This document shows, piece after piece, positions 47,044 through 59,509 of a stretch of DNA of 64,000 bases (the first letter of the stretch is position 1; every line of letters begins with the position of its first letter). Made by a program: the position numbers and the translations under genes. This stretch comes from an uncultured Actinomycetota bacterium (GTDB lineage: Bacteria > Actinomycetota > Actinomycetes > JAFAQI01). Location of the stretch: NCBI GenBank assembly GCA_963770565.1, contig CAVYQE010000001.1:992001-1056000 (forward strand). The letters are read 5' to 3'. A model generated the notes under the pieces. That model saw only the letters and a list, made by a program, of their open reading frames with translations. It was not told the origin of the DNA and did not search any database.

Positions 47044-47597
47044 CCACCGAGTCGCTGAAGGGCAAACTGCTCATCGCCGCGCCGGGGATGCAGGAGCCGA
47101 CCTTTTCGCGCACCGTGATCAGCGTGCTCGAGCACACCGACGACGGCGCACTGGGTGTCGTGATCAACCGCCCCGGTGACGCCTCGCTGATCGACATCGT
47201 GCCGCCGGTGGCTGAGCTCGCGAGCGAGCCGGCGGTGCTGTTCGCCGGCGGCCCGGTCGAACCGCAAGCCGCGATCGCCCTCGGTTTCGTCACCGGGACC
47301 GCAGCCGGCGACGCCTGCCGGCCGGTCGTTCCGCCATTGGTGACGGTGGACCTGGACTCCGATCCGGCCATCCTTGCCGCCTCGCTCCGAGAGCTCCGCG
47401 TCTTCTCCGGGTACGCCGGTTGGTCGGCCGGCCAGCTCGAGGGCGAGATCGCGGTCGGCGCCTGGTATGTCGTCGAGGCGTTGCCGCTCGACGCGTTCGA
47501 CGCGGAGCCGGGCCGGCTGTGGGCGGCGGTCCTTCGCCGGCAGCCGTGGCCGTTGTGTGCGGTCGCGACCTGTCCCATCGATCCGACCATGAACTGA
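47040..47597 (+). CDS. YqgE/AlgH (DUF179) family protein
   Basis: GKLLIA, F.RTVI, GVVINRP, GGPV and GYAGW..GQL motifs. Confidence 0.92.
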   Translation: MTTESLKGKLLIAAPGMQEPTFSRTVISVLEHTDDGALGVVINRPGDASLIDIVPPVAELASEPAVLFAGGPVEPQAAIALGFVTGTAAGDACRPVVPPLVTVDLDSDPAILAASLRELRVFSGYAGWSAGQLEGEIAVGAWYVVEALPLDAFDAEPGRLWAAVLRRQPWPLCAVATCPIDPTMN

Positions 47598-47609
47598 GAG
47601 GCACCTGCG

Positions 47610-48524
47610 GTGGTTGCGCCGAGCGGCGAGCAGTTCGAGATCACGTCCGGTGAGCAGCGCGCGACCGTGGTCGAGGTCGGCGGCGGTCTCCGTACCTACA
47701 CGGTCGGTGACCGCGCGGTCCTCGACGGGTACGACGAGGCCGCGACCTGCGACGGAGCGCGCTGCCAGACCCTCGTGCCGTGGCCGAACCGCGTGCATGA
47801 CGGGAAGTGGAACTGGCGCGGCGCGGACTTGCAGCTCGCGCTGACCGAACCCGAGCAGCACAACGCGATTCACGGCCTGGTGCGTTGGATGCCATGGTCG
47901 GTGATCGAGCGCGCTGCCTCGTCGATCACGGTCGGCTGCACCTCACATCCGCAACCGGGCTATCCGTGGACGATCGAGGTTCGCAACGCGTGGTCGCTCG
48001 GCGCGGACGGTGTTGCGGTCGAAACCACGATCGTCAACCGCAGCGAGTCGATCGCACCGGTCGCTGCCGGGTTTCATCCTTACGTGCGGGTCGGAACCTC
48101 GACGATCGACGACGCCGTGCTGACCGTGCCCGGCGACACCCGGATCCTGACCGGCGAGCAGCAGATCCCGACCGGCCGCGAGCCGGTTGCCGGCACGGCA
48201 TACGACTTCCGGTCACCGCGCCGGATCGGCGACCTCGCGATCGACCACACCTATACCGACCTGCACCGCGACGACGACGGCCTAGCTCGCCTTCGGCTGG
48301 CCGCACCCGACCGAAGCGAGCAAGTGACGGTCTGGGTCGACGGGGCGTACCCGTACCTCGAGCTGTTCACCGGTGACGCGCTTCCAGATCCATCGCGCCG
48401 ACGCCAGGGGCTGGGAGTGGAGCCGATGTCGGTCCCGCCGAACGCGCTGGTCACTGGCGAGTCGGTGGTCGCACTCGAGCCAGGCGGGTCTTGGCGGGGA
48501 CATTGGGGAATCAACCCCTTCTAA
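47610..48524 (+). CDS. Aldose 1-epimerase family protein
   Basis: PWPNRV, NAIHGL, GFHPY and EPMS motifs. Confidence 0.9.
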   Translation: MVAPSGEQFEITSGEQRATVVEVGGGLRTYTVGDRAVLDGYDEAATCDGARCQTLVPWPNRVHDGKWNWRGADLQLALTEPEQHNAIHGLVRWMPWSVIERAASSITVGCTSHPQPGYPWTIEVRNAWSLGADGVAVETTIVNRSESIAPVAAGFHPYVRVGTSTIDDAVLTVPGDTRILTGEQQIPTGREPVAGTAYDFRSPRRIGDLAIDHTYTDLHRDDDGLARLRLAAPDRSEQVTVWVDGAYPYLELFTGDALPDPSRRRQGLGVEPMSVPPNALVTGESVVALEPGGSWRGHWGINPF

Positions 48525-48590
48525 CCTCGCGACCTTCACATCCGGAGTGGGACCGGAAGACTGGGCAGCAATCGCCGTACGATACGGCGC

Positions 48591-48974
48591 GTGCGCGATG
48601 AGGTTCGGCTGCCGCCACACCCCGCAAGCGTCGGGCGGGCGCGCCGTTTCGTCGTCGACCGGCTGGCCGAACTCGGAGTTGCCGATCCCGCCGCCAATGC
48701 CGCGCTGATCGTCAGCGAACTCGTGACGAACGCCGTGATGCACGCCGGTACGACGATCACCGTGCGCGTCACCGCGGCGGGTGCCGGGGCGCGGGTGGAG
48801 GTCGTGGACGGCAGCCAGGTGCTCCCCGGACTGCGGGTGGTGTCGGTCGGGTCAGGCTCGGGACGCGGGATGTCCCTGGTCGCGCATTTCGCCAGCCAGT
48901 GGGGGGCCGAACGCACCGCCGTCGGCAAGGTCGTCTGGTTCGTCATCGGTGCGGCCGCCGAGGCGACCGGCTAG
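48591..48974 (+). CDS. Anti-sigma-factor-like ATP-binding protein (HATPase_c_2)
   Basis: ARRFV, VSELVTNAV.HA, GRGM.LV and GKVVW motifs. Confidence 0.85.
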   Translation: MRDEVRLPPHPASVGRARRFVVDRLAELGVADPAANAALIVSELVTNAVMHAGTTITVRVTAAGAGARVEVVDGSQVLPGLRVVSVGSGSGRGMSLVAHFASQWGAERTAVGKVVWFVIGAAAEATG

Positions 48975-48984
48975 ACAGTAGGTC

Positions 48985-50625
48985 GTGGTCTTCGATCGGC
49001 TGAGCACCCTCGCGTCCGATGCGGCGAGTGCGGGCTGGGCGACGGCCAAGGTCGCGGCCCGGGTGGGAATCGGCCCACCGCTTCGCCCGGACCGGTTGTT
49101 CGGGGTGGCGCAGGCCCTACGGCACTGGGGCATGACCCCGGCTGCGGTCTGTGCCGCCAACGCGGTCCGGGACCCCGATCGGCCCGCGGTGATCGACGAC
49201 CGGGAGTCGCTCGGCTGGGCCGAGCTCGACCGACGGAGCAGCATCGTCGCGGCCGCTCTTGCCGAGCAGGGCGTCGGCGTCGGTGCCGCGGTCGGGTTGC
49301 TGGCCCGCAACTCGGCCGACTTCGTCGTCGCCCAGATCGCGGTCAGCAAGCTCGGTGCCGACCTGCTGTACCTGAACACCGGCTTTGCCGGACCGCAGCT
49401 CGCCGATGTCCTGGACCACCAGAACGCGGCCGCCGTCATCGCCGACGACGAGTTCGAGCCGTTGCTCGAGGAGTTCGCGGGCTCGATGCCGCGCCTGACC
49501 GCGTGGGTCCAGGACGGCAGCGCGCCGGCGGGAAGCATCGCCGCCCTCGTGCTGGCCGCCGCGGGCACCGCGACGCCCAACCTGCCGGCACCAGGACAGG
49601 ACGGGCGCCACGTCATCCTGACCAGCGGCACGACCGGGCGGCCGAAAGGGGCGCCGCGCGGTGCGCCCAACCCGCTGGCCGGCGTGATCGCCGCAGTGGC
49701 GCTCCTCGACGCGATTCCCTACCGGGCCAGGCGCACGACGGTGCTCGCCGCCCCGGCGTTCCATGCCTGGGGGCTCGGCAACCTGATCATGGCGTCGTTG
49801 TTGCAGTCGACCGTGGTGATGACGCGACGGTTCGACCCGGTTACAACCCTGGAGCTCGTCGACCGGCACGACGCGCACACGTTGGTCGCCGTACCGGTGA
49901 TGTGCGAGCGGCTGCTCGAGGTCGACCCGCCCGCAGTCGCGCCGTCGCTGCAGGTGGTCGCGGTCTCGGGTTCGGCACTGCCACCGACTCTGGCGACCCG
50001 GTTCATGGATCGGTTCGGTGACGTGCTCTACAACCTGTACGGCTCGACCGAGGTTGCGTTCGTCAGCGTGGCCGGGCCGGCAGACCTGCGCGCCGCGCCG
50101 ACCAGCGCCGGGCGGGTGCTGCGCGGCGTGCACGTGCGGCTGGTCGACCCGGACGGCCACGAGGTCGGCGCCGGCGAGATCGGCCGGGTGTTCGCCGGCA
50201 GTGGCCTGTCGATCGACGGATACACCGGCGATGACGACAAGCCGCGCCTCGACGGGCTCACCGCGACCGGTGACCTCGGGCGGTTCGGCGATGACGGCCG
50301 GCTCTATCTCGAGGGTCGGGACGACGACATGATCATCACCGGCGGGGAGAACGTCGTGCCGGCCGAGATCGAGACCAGCCTTCATCGCCACCCCGACGTT
50401 GCCGAGGTCGCGGTCGTCGGGGTTCCCGACGAGCGGTTCGGCCAGGCCGTGGTCGCGCACGTGGTGCTCCGCCCTGGCGGCTCGGCAACCGAGAGCGATC
50501 TGCGCGCGCACGTGAAGGCGCGGCTCGCGACGTACAAGGTGCCGCGGAACGTGGTCTTTCGCGACCGGATGCCGCGCAACGAGACCGGCAAGATCGTCAA
50601 GAGCGAGCTGAACGACCTGACTTAG
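48985..50625 (+). CDS. AMP-binding acyl-CoA synthetase (FadD2/FadD12-like)
   Basis: LTSGTTGRPKG, YGSTE, TGDLG, GRDDDMI and GKI motifs. Confidence 0.9.
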   Translation: MVFDRLSTLASDAASAGWATAKVAARVGIGPPLRPDRLFGVAQALRHWGMTPAAVCAANAVRDPDRPAVIDDRESLGWAELDRRSSIVAAALAEQGVGVGAAVGLLARNSADFVVAQIAVSKLGADLLYLNTGFAGPQLADVLDHQNAAAVIADDEFEPLLEEFAGSMPRLTAWVQDGSAPAGSIAALVLAAAGTATPNLPAPGQDGRHVILTSGTTGRPKGAPRGAPNPLAGVIAAVALLDAIPYRARRTTVLAAPAFHAWGLGNLIMASLLQSTVVMTRRFDPVTTLELVDRHDAHTLVAVPVMCERLLEVDPPAVAPSLQVVAVSGSALPPTLATRFMDRFGDVLYNLYGSTEVAFVSVAGPADLRAAPTSAGRVLRGVHVRLVDPDGHEVGAGEIGRVFAGSGLSIDGYTGDDDKPRLDGLTATGDLGRFGDDGRLYLEGRDDDMIITGGENVVPAEIETSLHRHPDVAEVAVVGVPDERFGQAVVAHVVLRPGGSATESDLRAHVKARLATYKVPRNVVFRDRMPRNETGKIVKSELNDLT

Positions 50626-51194
50626 CGGTGGACCTCGCCGACCAGCGTGACGCCCGCTGCGCTCATCTCGGCAAGTGCGGCCTGAACAGTGTCCGGCGCG
50701 ACCCCGGCGGTGAGGTCGAGCAGGACGGTGGGCGCGAAGCCCTCGCGAGCCGCGTCGATCGCGGTGGCCCGGACGCAGTGGTCCGTCGCGAGCCCGACGA
50801 TGTCGACCCGGTCGACGTCGCGCTCGCGCAGCCAGTCGGCCAGCGTGCTGCCTTCGCCATTGGTGCCCTCGAATCCGCTGTACGCCGCTTCCCACTCGCC
50901 CTTGTCGAACACCGCGTCGAGTCGTTGGGTGTCGAGGTTCGGGTGGAGCTCCGCACCCGCGGTGCCGATCTTGCAGTGCGCCGGCCATGAGTCGACATAG
51001 TCGGGCGTGGATGAGAAGTGCCCGTCCGGGTCGCGGTGCGCGTCGCGGGTCGCGGCGACGACCGGATAGTCGGCCGTGGCGAGCAGCGCACTGATGCCGG
51101 CCGCCACCGCGGCGCCGCCGGGGACCGCGAGCGAGCCACCCTCGCAGAAGTCGTTCTGGACGTCGACGACGAGCAGCGCCTTGACCACGCTCAC
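50622..51194 (-). CDS. pncA: Nicotinamidase/pyrazinamidase
   Basis: VDVQNDFCEGGSL, HFS..PDY..SWP.HC and GLATDHCV motifs. Confidence 0.93.
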   Translation of the reverse strand: MSVVKALLVVDVQNDFCEGGSLAVPGGAAVAAGISALLATADYPVVAATRDAHRDPDGHFSSTPDYVDSWPAHCKIGTAGAELHPNLDTQRLDAVFDKGEWEAAYSGFEGTNGEGSTLADWLRERDVDRVDIVGLATDHCVRATAIDAAREGFAPTVLLDLTAGVAPDTVQAALAEMSAAGVTLVGEVHR

Positions 51195-52483
51195 GCCTCC
51201 ACGATCACGGTCTCGATCGCCGGCTCGCCCGCGGACAGCTTCATCGCGTGGGCCGGCAGCTCCGCGACCGAAGCCGCGCATCGCTTGCGGGCGGCGTCGA
51301 GGCCGGCGTCGGCCACGACTTCACCTTCACGCATCGCCGGCACCTGCAGGTCGCGCTCGTCGTCGCGGCGTGACGGGGCGACCTCGGCCCGGATGAGCTC
51401 GGCGATCGCGGTGCCGGCCTGATCGAGTCGGCGGGAGGCGAGCTTGCGGCCGCCGATCGTGGCCTTGCCGAGCGAGCGCTTGGCGACCGGCTGCCAGGTC
51501 CCGTCGTCGGCTTGCCGGGCGACCAGCTTGTAGACGAAGCCAGCGGTCGGGGAGCCGCTGCCGGTCACCAGCGAGGTGCCGACGCCGTACCCGTCGACCG
51601 GGGCGGAGGCCAACCCGGCGATTGCGAACTCGTCGAGGTCGCCGGTGACGACGATCCGGGTCTGCGTGGCGCCGAGCTCGTCCAGCAGCGTCCGGGCGTC
51701 GCGCGCCTGGGTCAGCAGGTCGCCGGAGTCCAGCCGGATCGCGCCGAGCGATGTCCCGGCGACCTCGACCGCGGTGCGAATCCCCTTGCTCACGTCGTAG
51801 GTATCGACGAGCAGGGTGGTGCCGCGGCCGAGTGCGTCGACCTGCGCCTGGAAAGCGGTGCGCTCGTCGCCGTGAATCATCGTGAACGCGTGCGCGGCGG
51901 TGCCGGCGGTCGGGATCGCCCAGCGCTGTCCGGCCGCGAGGTTGGAGCTGGCCGCGAAGCCACCGATATAGGCGGCCCGCGCCGCGGCCACCGCGGCCTG
52001 CTCATGGGTGCGTCGCGACCCCATTTCGATGCACGGCCGGCCGCTCGCCGCGTTCACCATCCGGGCGGCCGCAGTGGCCACCGCGCTGTCATGGTTGAGG
52101 ACCGAGAGCACGAGGGTCTCGAGCAGGACGCATTCGGCGAAGCTGCCCTCCACCATGAGCACCGGCGAGCCCGGGAAGTAGACCTCGCCCTCGGCGTAGC
52201 TGTCGATCGAGCCGGTGAACCGGTAGTCGGCGAGCCAGGTGCGAGTGGCGTGGTCGATGACCTCGTGGGTGGTGAGGAAGTCAAGCGCCTCGTCGTCGAA
52301 ACGGAAGCGGGTGAGCTCATCGAGCAGGCGGCCGAGACCGGCCACGACGGCGTAGCGGCGACGGCCCGGCAGCGACCGGGCGAACACCTCGAAGGCGCAC
52401 CGGCGGTCTGCCTCGCCGCTGCGCAGCGCCGCGTCCACCATCGTCAATTCGTAGTGGTCGGTCAGCAGGGCTGGTGTGCTCAC
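51191..52483 (-). CDS. pncB: Nicotinate phosphoribosyltransferase
   Basis: [26 protein letters not shown] and RLDSGDL motifs. Confidence 0.95.
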   Translation of the reverse strand: MSTPALLTDHYELTMVDAALRSGEADRRCAFEVFARSLPGRRRYAVVAGLGRLLDELTRFRFDDEALDFLTTHEVIDHATRTWLADYRFTGSIDSYAEGEVYFPGSPVLMVEGSFAECVLLETLVLSVLNHDSAVATAAARMVNAASGRPCIEMGSRRTHEQAAVAAARAAYIGGFAASSNLAAGQRWAIPTAGTAAHAFTMIHGDERTAFQAQVDALGRGTTLLVDTYDVSKGIRTAVEVAGTSLGAIRLDSGDLLTQARDARTLLDELGATQTRIVVTGDLDEFAIAGLASAPVDGYGVGTSLVTGSGSPTAGFVYKLVARQADDGTWQPVAKRSLGKATIGGRKLASRRLDQAGTAIAELIRAEVAPSRRDDERDLQVPAMREGEVVADAGLDAARKRCAASVAELPAHAMKLSAGEPAIETVIVEA

Positions 52484-53472
52484 GCATGAACCTCATCAGG
52501 TGCGGGTATCGGCAGTTCCGGCGGCACCGGCCTGGCCGGCATCCGGAGCAGCATCAGGATCACGCCGGCCACCACCGCGCAGGTCGCGATCGCCGATCGG
52601 ACGGTGAACGCCTCGTTCAGGACGAGCGAGCCGAGGATAACCGCAACGACCGGGTTCACGAACGCGTACGTCGTGACCAGAGACAGCTCGGCGTTGCGCA
52701 GCAGCCAGATGTAGGCGCTGTAGGCGACGATCGAGCCGATCACGGTCAGATAGCCGAAGGCCAGCCAGGCGTGCGCGGTGAGCTGATCGGTATGCAGCTC
52801 GCCGAACTCGCCGGTGCCGGCTGCGACGACCAGGCAGGCAACCCCGCCGCAGAGCATTTCCATGCCGGTCGCGACCAGGGGGCGGCGCGTGGTCGGCGCG
52901 TTGGTCGAGTACACCGTGCCCGACGCCCAGGACACGGCGGCGACGACGGTGATCAGGATGCCGGCCAGGCTCGCCTTGCCGCTGCCGGTGCCCACGACCA
53001 TCGCGGCGACCCCGGTGAAGCCGAGTGCGAGCCCGATCACGTGCCGGGCGCTCATCCGCTCGCGGCCGATCGCCGCCGCGAACAGGGCGGCCCAGATCGG
53101 GATCGTCGCCACGATCACCGCTGCGGTGCCGGACGGCACCTTGCGTTCCGCGACCGTGACCAGCCCGTTGCCACCGAACGGCAGCGCCAGCCCGATCACG
53201 GCCGCCGCGAACCACTGCCGGCGCCCGAGCGGATCGGGGCGCCGGTCCAGCGCCGGACGGCGTACCGCGAATGCCAGCATGATCAGCCCGGCCAGCGTGA
53301 ACCGCACTCCGGCGAGCAGCATCGGCGGCAACCCCTGGCCGTGGCTCGGGTGGACCGCGACCCGGATCGCGAGGTACGTCGAACCCCAGACGAGGTAGAC
53401 GGTGGAGAGCGCCAGCCAGATCCTGGCCGGGCTCGGGTGACGGCCCATGCTGGTTGCAACCGGTGGATTCAC
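52480..53472 (-). CDS. EamA/DMT family transporter
   Basis: [13 protein letters not shown] and [10 protein letters not shown] motifs; about 10 TMs; start uncertain. Confidence 0.9.
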   Translation of the reverse strand: MNPPVATSMGRHPSPARIWLALSTVYLVWGSTYLAIRVAVHPSHGQGLPPMLLAGVRFTLAGLIMLAFAVRRPALDRRPDPLGRRQWFAAAVIGLALPFGGNGLVTVAERKVPSGTAAVIVATIPIWAALFAAAIGRERMSARHVIGLALGFTGVAAMVVGTGSGKASLAGILITVVAAVSWASGTVYSTNAPTTRRPLVATGMEMLCGGVACLVVAAGTGEFGELHTDQLTAHAWLAFGYLTVIGSIVAYSAYIWLLRNAELSLVTTYAFVNPVVAVILGSLVLNEAFTVRSAIATCAVVAGVILMLLRMPARPVPPELPIPAPDEVHA

Positions 53473-53520
53473 CGAGGTTGTTCCCTTCCGCCGAGGTCCT
53501 CGCGATGCGACCATTGGGGC

Positions 53521-53811
53521 ATGTCTGCCCCGGCAATCGAGCGGACGACGGGGCCCACGGCCGAGGACGATGTCGACGTCGAGCGGCCGTGGGTGGCGAT
53601 CGTGTGGAACGACCCGATCAACCTGATGAGCTACGTCGCCTGGGTCTTCCAGAAGCTGTTCGGCTACAGCAAGGAGAAGGCCAACCGGCTCATGCTCGAC
53701 GTCCACCACAAGGGGCGCGCCGCGGTGTCCTCCGGTAGCCGGGAGCAGGTCGAGCACGACGTCGAGCGGCTGCACGCTGCCGGACTCTGGGCAACCGTGG
53801 CGCAGGACTGA
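53521..53811 (+). CDS. clpS: ATP-dependent Clp protease adaptor
   Basis: [18 protein letters not shown] and MLDVHHKG motifs. Confidence 0.95.
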   Translation: MSAPAIERTTGPTAEDDVDVERPWVAIVWNDPINLMSYVAWVFQKLFGYSKEKANRLMLDVHHKGRAAVSSGSREQVEHDVERLHAAGLWATVAQD

Positions 53812-53813
53812 GG

Positions 53814-54407
53814 GTGGGCGCGGTCCGCCGTCGCGGCAAGCAGGTCCGGGTCAGCCTTGACGACGAGGAGGTCCGGCTGCTGCTCGAGCTGGTCGAGCAG
53901 GTCTCCGAGCTGCTCGGTGGCGACGATCCATCGGTCCCCGTCGCGGACGACGAGGACGAGACCGAGACCGAGATGTTGGAGCACATGCTCGACTCGTCGG
54001 CGGGGCCGGTGGTCGCCCCCGACGATCCGGTCCTGCGCCGGCTGCTGCCGGACGGCTATCGCAACGACGACGACGCAGCCGGGGAGTTCCGCCGGCTGAC
54101 CGAATCGAGCCTGCGATCGACGAAGCGGGTCGCATTGCAACGGATGATCGACGACCTGTCGAAGCCTTCCGCGCAGCAGAAGGACGGCACCTTCCGGTTC
54201 GACCTCGACGAGACGGCGATCGAAGCCTGGCTGCCGGCGCTGACCGACCTGCGACTGGCGTTCGGCACCCGGATCGGGGTCACCGAGGACATCGACGCCG
54301 AGCGGGCCGAGGTGATGGAAGGGTCGTTGCGCCACGCCGAGCTCGCGGCGTACGACTGGATGTCGTGGCTTCAGGACGCCATCGTCCGTGGCCTCACCGG
54401 CGACTGA
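53814..54407 (+). CDS. DUF2017 family protein
   Basis: DPVLRRLLPD.Y and LTDLRLA.G.R motifs; clpS synteny. Confidence 0.85.
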   Translation: MGAVRRRGKQVRVSLDDEEVRLLLELVEQVSELLGGDDPSVPVADDEDETETEMLEHMLDSSAGPVVAPDDPVLRRLLPDGYRNDDDAAGEFRRLTESSLRSTKRVALQRMIDDLSKPSAQQKDGTFRFDLDETAIEAWLPALTDLRLAFGTRIGVTEDIDAERAEVMEGSLRHAELAAYDWMSWLQDAIVRGLTGD

Positions 54408-54454
54408 CCCACACGCCACTGCCCTGCTCGCGCCGGACGTCGTACCCTCGGGCC

Positions 54455-54862
54455 GTGCTCCGGATCAGCCAGCAGCTGTACGACGAGATCGTCGCGCATG
54501 CCCGCCGCGACCATCCCGACGAGGCCTGCGGGGTGCTCGCGGGACCGGTCGGCAGCGACCGCCCGGCCCGCTTCGTCCCGATGCTCAACGCCGAGCGGTC
54601 GCCGACCTTCTACCGGTTCGACTCGATGGAGCAGCTGCAGGTGTGGAAGGAGATGGACTCGCGCGACGAGGAGCCGATCGTGATCTACCACTCGCACACC
54701 GCCACCGAAGCCCGCCCGTCGCGTACCGACGTCACCCTGGCCAGCGAGCCGGGTGCGCACTACGTATTGGTGTCGACCCGCGAGCCCGACCAGACCGAGT
54801 TCCGCAGCTTCCGGATCCTCGCGGGGCAGGTCACCGAGGAGCCGGTGGAGATCATCGGTTAG
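54455..54862 (+). CDS. mec: JAMM/MPN CysO-cysteine peptidase
   Basis: HPDEACG and YHSHT....PS.TD motifs; upstream of cysO-cysM. Confidence 0.9.
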   Translation: MLRISQQLYDEIVAHARRDHPDEACGVLAGPVGSDRPARFVPMLNAERSPTFYRFDSMEQLQVWKEMDSRDEEPIVIYHSHTATEARPSRTDVTLASEPGAHYVLVSTREPDQTEFRSFRILAGQVTEEPVEIIG

Positions 54863-54907
54863 GGGGCGGAATCCGGGCTCGACCTCGCGCGTTGCGAGGA
54901 TATGGCC

Positions 54908-55183
54908 ATGGCGATCGAAGCACGCATCCCGACGATCCTGCGCACCTACACGGCTGGCGAGAAGGCGGTCGAGGGCAACGGGCAGACGCTGGCCGAGTTC
55001 TTCGTGGACCTCGACTCGCGGCACGCCGGGCTGCGGGATCGGCTGGTCGGCGAGGACGGCTCGCTCAACCGGTTCGTAAACGTCTACCTCAACGACGAGG
55101 ACGTCCGGTTCCTCGGCGGTCCGGAAACCCCGCTGTCGGACGGCGACGTCGTGACGATCCTCCCGGCCGTCGCCGGCGGCTGA
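54908..55183 (+). CDS. cysO: MoaD/ThiS-family sulfur carrier
   Basis: IPTILRT.T, RFVNVY.NDEDVRF and C-terminal AVAGG. Confidence 0.88.
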   Translation: MAIEARIPTILRTYTAGEKAVEGNGQTLAEFFVDLDSRHAGLRDRLVGEDGSLNRFVNVYLNDEDVRFLGGPETPLSDGDVVTILPAVAGG

Positions 55184-56202
<1,019 letters not shown>

Positions 56203-56208
<6 letters not shown>

Positions 56209-57153
56209 TCCAGCCGGCAACGTCGTGGGGCAGTCCCGACAGCGCCGAAATGTACCGGTCCATCCCTGCTGGCGCAGCACCACGCCCTCCTCGATCGCGA
56301 CGTAGCAAGGCCGGTCGACCACGTCGCCCCATCCGTATCGCAGTTGGCGCAGGCCGAGTAGCTCGCTGCGATTGTCCCGCCTCATGTCGCGCCAGACCTC
56401 TCGGGCGCGGTCGTGCCCGAGCCGCCCGTCGAGTTCGATGTGCAGCCGCCATTCCTCGATCAGGATGTCGAGGTACTCGGTCCCGTCGCCACGCCGCGAC
56501 GCCTGGCGTCGTCCGGCCGGAAGACCATGGCGGCGACGCAACCGCGCCTCGCGAACTTCGAGCGGAGACTGCGCCCCCTCGCTCAGATCTGGTAGCGCGT
56601 CGTTGACGACCTTTCGCCAACGAGTCTTCGGGTGGCGCTCGAGGGCGGCGCGAAGTGAGGTGGGCGACGTCAGAGCAGTTCGCAACGCATCGGCGACGAG
56701 CCCGAGGGCGCGGTCCGCGGTCTCCCGGCTCGCAAGCAGGTCGAGCACGGTTCGTTCGATCGTCGTACGCGGAGGGCGGAACACGCGATGGACGTCGTCA
56801 TCGCAGAGGCCTCGTGATCGGTGCACGACTAGTTGAGGTTGTGGGCGGATCGCCCGCTCGAAGGGCACGGTGACGTGGATCAGTGCTGCTGCGCGACAGA
56901 GTTGCCAGAAGCAAGCAGCCGTCTCGTGGCTTAGGACGGCGCCGGTGCCGGCGTACAGAACCGCTGCGTGGTGCATCGTCGCGGCCGGAATTGGCCCGTT
57001 GAAGGTGACATACACCCGTGGCAACGGCGACTGCCAACGACCCGACGCGACCAGCCGGTGAAGCTGGCGATGAGTCAGACCGCTCGCTTTGGCGGCGGCA
57101 AGGGCGATCGCACCACCGGTCCGGGCGCCGAGCGAAGCGGCAAGCGTCTGCAC
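56203..57153 (-). CDS. AbiEi-like N-terminal domain plus DUF559/Vsr-like nuclease-fold protein
   Basis: GRW....[24 protein letters not shown] and IELDGRLGH...RDMRRDN motifs. Confidence 0.8.
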
Positions 57154-57231
57154 AGCTCCAACGGTCGTCGGCAGGCAGCATCGAGGACAGGCACCCGGCC
57201 AACCTGTGGACTGGCAGTACGTCGTCGCCAA

Positions 57232-57275
57232 CTGTGCAGCGCCCGCCACCGCCGGCGGTACGGTGCGCTGCACGG
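57232..57275. repeat. 44-bp imperfect palindrome, right copy
   Basis: CTGTGCAGCGCCCGCCACCGCCGGCGGTACGGTGCGCTGCACGG. Confidence 0.75.
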
Positions 57276-57296
57276 ACCGGATGGGAGAATGGCGGG

Positions 57297-58097
57297 GTGG
57301 ATGCGCCGATCGGGATCTTTGACAGCGGCGTCGGTGGCCTGACCGTTGCCCGTGCCGTCCTCGACCAGCTTCCGGCCGAGTCGATCGTGTACGTCGGCGA
57401 CACCGCGAACGGGCCCTACGGGCCACGCCGGATCGCCGAGGTGAGGGCGCTCGCGCTCGCGGTCCTGGATGACCTGGTCGAGCACCACGGCGTGAAGCTG
57501 CTGGTGATCGCCTGCAACTCGGCGAGCGCGGCGTGCCTGCGCGACGCCCGCGAGCGGTACCCGATCCCGGTGGTGGAGGTGATCCAGCCGGCGGTGCGCC
57601 GGGCGGTTGCCGCGACCCGCAACGGCCGGATCGGCGTCATCGGCACCGCCGCGACGGTGACGAGCAAGGCCTATGACGACGCGTTCGCGGCCGCTCCTCA
57701 GGTGAGCCTGACGAGCGTCGCCTGCCCGCGGTTCGTGGAGTTCGTCGAACGCGGCGACACCAGCAGTGCCGAGCTCCTCACGGTCGCCGAGGACTATCTC
57801 GCGCCGATCATCGCCGCCGAGGTCGACACGCTGGTCCTGGGCTGCACGCACTACCCGTTGCTGACCGGCGTCATCTCCTACGTGGTCGGCGATGACATCA
57901 CGCTGGTGTCCAGTGCCGAGGAGACCGCAAAGGACGTCTACCACGAGCTTGCGAGTACGGCGGGCTTCCGCGACGAGTCGCTCGGGGCCCCCGAGCACCG
58001 ATTTCTCGCGACCGGCGACCCGGAGCCGTTCGCCCGCCTCGGCCGGCGCTTCCTCGGCCCGGAGGTCGGCGAGGTCGCGGCCGCGCTGCCGGCCTGA
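57297..58097 (+). CDS. murI: Glutamate racemase
   Basis: [19 protein letters not shown] and LGCTHY motifs. Confidence 0.96.
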   Translation: MDAPIGIFDSGVGGLTVARAVLDQLPAESIVYVGDTANGPYGPRRIAEVRALALAVLDDLVEHHGVKLLVIACNSASAACLRDARERYPIPVVEVIQPAVRRAVAATRNGRIGVIGTAATVTSKAYDDAFAAAPQVSLTSVACPRFVEFVERGDTSSAELLTVAEDYLAPIIAAEVDTLVLGCTHYPLLTGVISYVVGDDITLVSSAEETAKDVYHELASTAGFRDESLGAPEHRFLATGDPEPFARLGRRFLGPEVGEVAAALPA

Positions 58098-58157
58098 CCT
58101 GCAGTCGCAGGGGGTTGGTCGCGCAGGGTGTCGGTCGAGCGCCGTACCCTCGCGTCC

Positions 58158-58892
58158 GTGAGTGACACCGCGACGACCCGACCGGACGGCCGCTCGGCCG
58201 ATCAACTGCGACCGGTCACGATCACCCGGAGCTGGCTCGATCATGCCGAGGGCTCGGTGCTGGTCGAGTTCGGGCGGACCCGCGTGCTGTGCGCCGCCTC
58301 GGTGACTGAGGGGGTGCCGCGCTGGCGCAAGGGGAGCGGGCTGGGCTGGGTGACCGCCGAGTACGCGATGCTGCCCCGCGCCACCCATACCCGCAGCGAC
58401 CGCGAGTCGGTCAAGGGTCGGATCGGCGGGCGGACCCACGAGATCTCGCGGCTGGTCGGCCGGTCGTTGCGGGCGGCGATCGACTACAAGGCGCTCGGTG
58501 AGAACACCATCGTGATCGACTGCGACGTCCTGCAGGCCGACGGTGGCACCCGCACCGCCGCGATCACCGGCGCGTATGTCGCGCTGGCCGACGCGGTGTC
58601 GTGGCTGCGCGGCCGCAACGCCCTCGCCGGTGAGCCGCTCGTCTCCTCGGTTGCGGCGGTGAGCGTCGGCATCGTGGCCGGTCTGGCCTGTCTCGATCTC
58701 TGTTACGACGAGGACGTCGCGGCCGAGACCGACATGAACGTGGTCTGCACTGGCGATGGTCGCTTCGTCGAGGTCCAGGGCACCGCCGAGGGTGCGCCGT
58801 TCGACCGGGCCGAGCTCGACGGCCTGCTCGATCTCGCCGTCAAGGGCTGCGCCGACCTCACCGCGCTGCAGGAAGCGGCGCTCCGCGGGTGA
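58158..58892 (+). CDS. rph: Ribonuclease PH
   Basis: [19 protein letters not shown] and [12 protein letters not shown] motifs. Confidence 0.96.
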   Translation: MSDTATTRPDGRSADQLRPVTITRSWLDHAEGSVLVEFGRTRVLCAASVTEGVPRWRKGSGLGWVTAEYAMLPRATHTRSDRESVKGRIGGRTHEISRLVGRSLRAAIDYKALGENTIVIDCDVLQADGGTRTAAITGAYVALADAVSWLRGRNALAGEPLVSSVAAVSVGIVAGLACLDLCYDEDVAAETDMNVVCTGDGRFVEVQGTAEGAPFDRAELDGLLDLAVKGCADLTALQEAALRG

Positions 58893-59509
58893 CGGTCACG
58901 GTCGTCCTCGCCACCCGCAACCCGGGCAAGATCGAGGAGCTCCGCCGGATCCTGGCGGCGTACGACGTCGACCTGGTCGGCCTCGACGCCTACCCCGACG
59001 TGCCCGACGTCCCGGAGACCGGCGCGACCTTCGCCGAGAACGCGTTGCTCAAGGCCCACGCGGTGAGCGCCGCGACCGGATTGCCGGCAATCGCCGACGA
59101 CAGCGGCCTCGCGGTCGACGCGCTCAACCAGATGCCCGGAGTGCTCTCCGCGCGCTGGTCCGGCCGGCACGGTGACGACGCCGCCAACCTCGCGCTGGTG
59201 CTGGCCCAGATCGCCGACATCCCCGACGATCGCCGCGGCGCGGCTTTCGTCTGTGCGGCCGCGGTCGCGACCCCGGAGGGCCGCGAGGAAGTCGTCGAGG
59301 CCAGGCTCGAAGGCGAGCTCGTGCGCGCGCCGCGCGGCACCAACGGCTTCGGCTACGACCCGATCTTCCGGCCGCACGGACACCAGGTGACCACCGCCGA
59401 GATGGCGCCGGCGGACAAGGACGAGATCAGCCATCGTGGCAAGGCCTTTCGGGCCCTTGCGCCCCGGCTGGCCGAACTGCTGAGCGCGGACGACGGCCTT
59501 GCGGGCTAG
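58889..59509 (+). CDS. rdgB: Non-canonical purine NTP pyrophosphatase
   Basis: [21 protein letters not shown] and SHRG motifs. Confidence 0.95.
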   Translation: MTVTVVLATRNPGKIEELRRILAAYDVDLVGLDAYPDVPDVPETGATFAENALLKAHAVSAATGLPAIADDSGLAVDALNQMPGVLSARWSGRHGDDAANLALVLAQIADIPDDRRGAAFVCAAAVATPEGREEVVEARLEGELVRAPRGTNGFGYDPIFRPHGHQVTTAEMAPADKDEISHRGKAFRALAPRLAELLSADDGLAG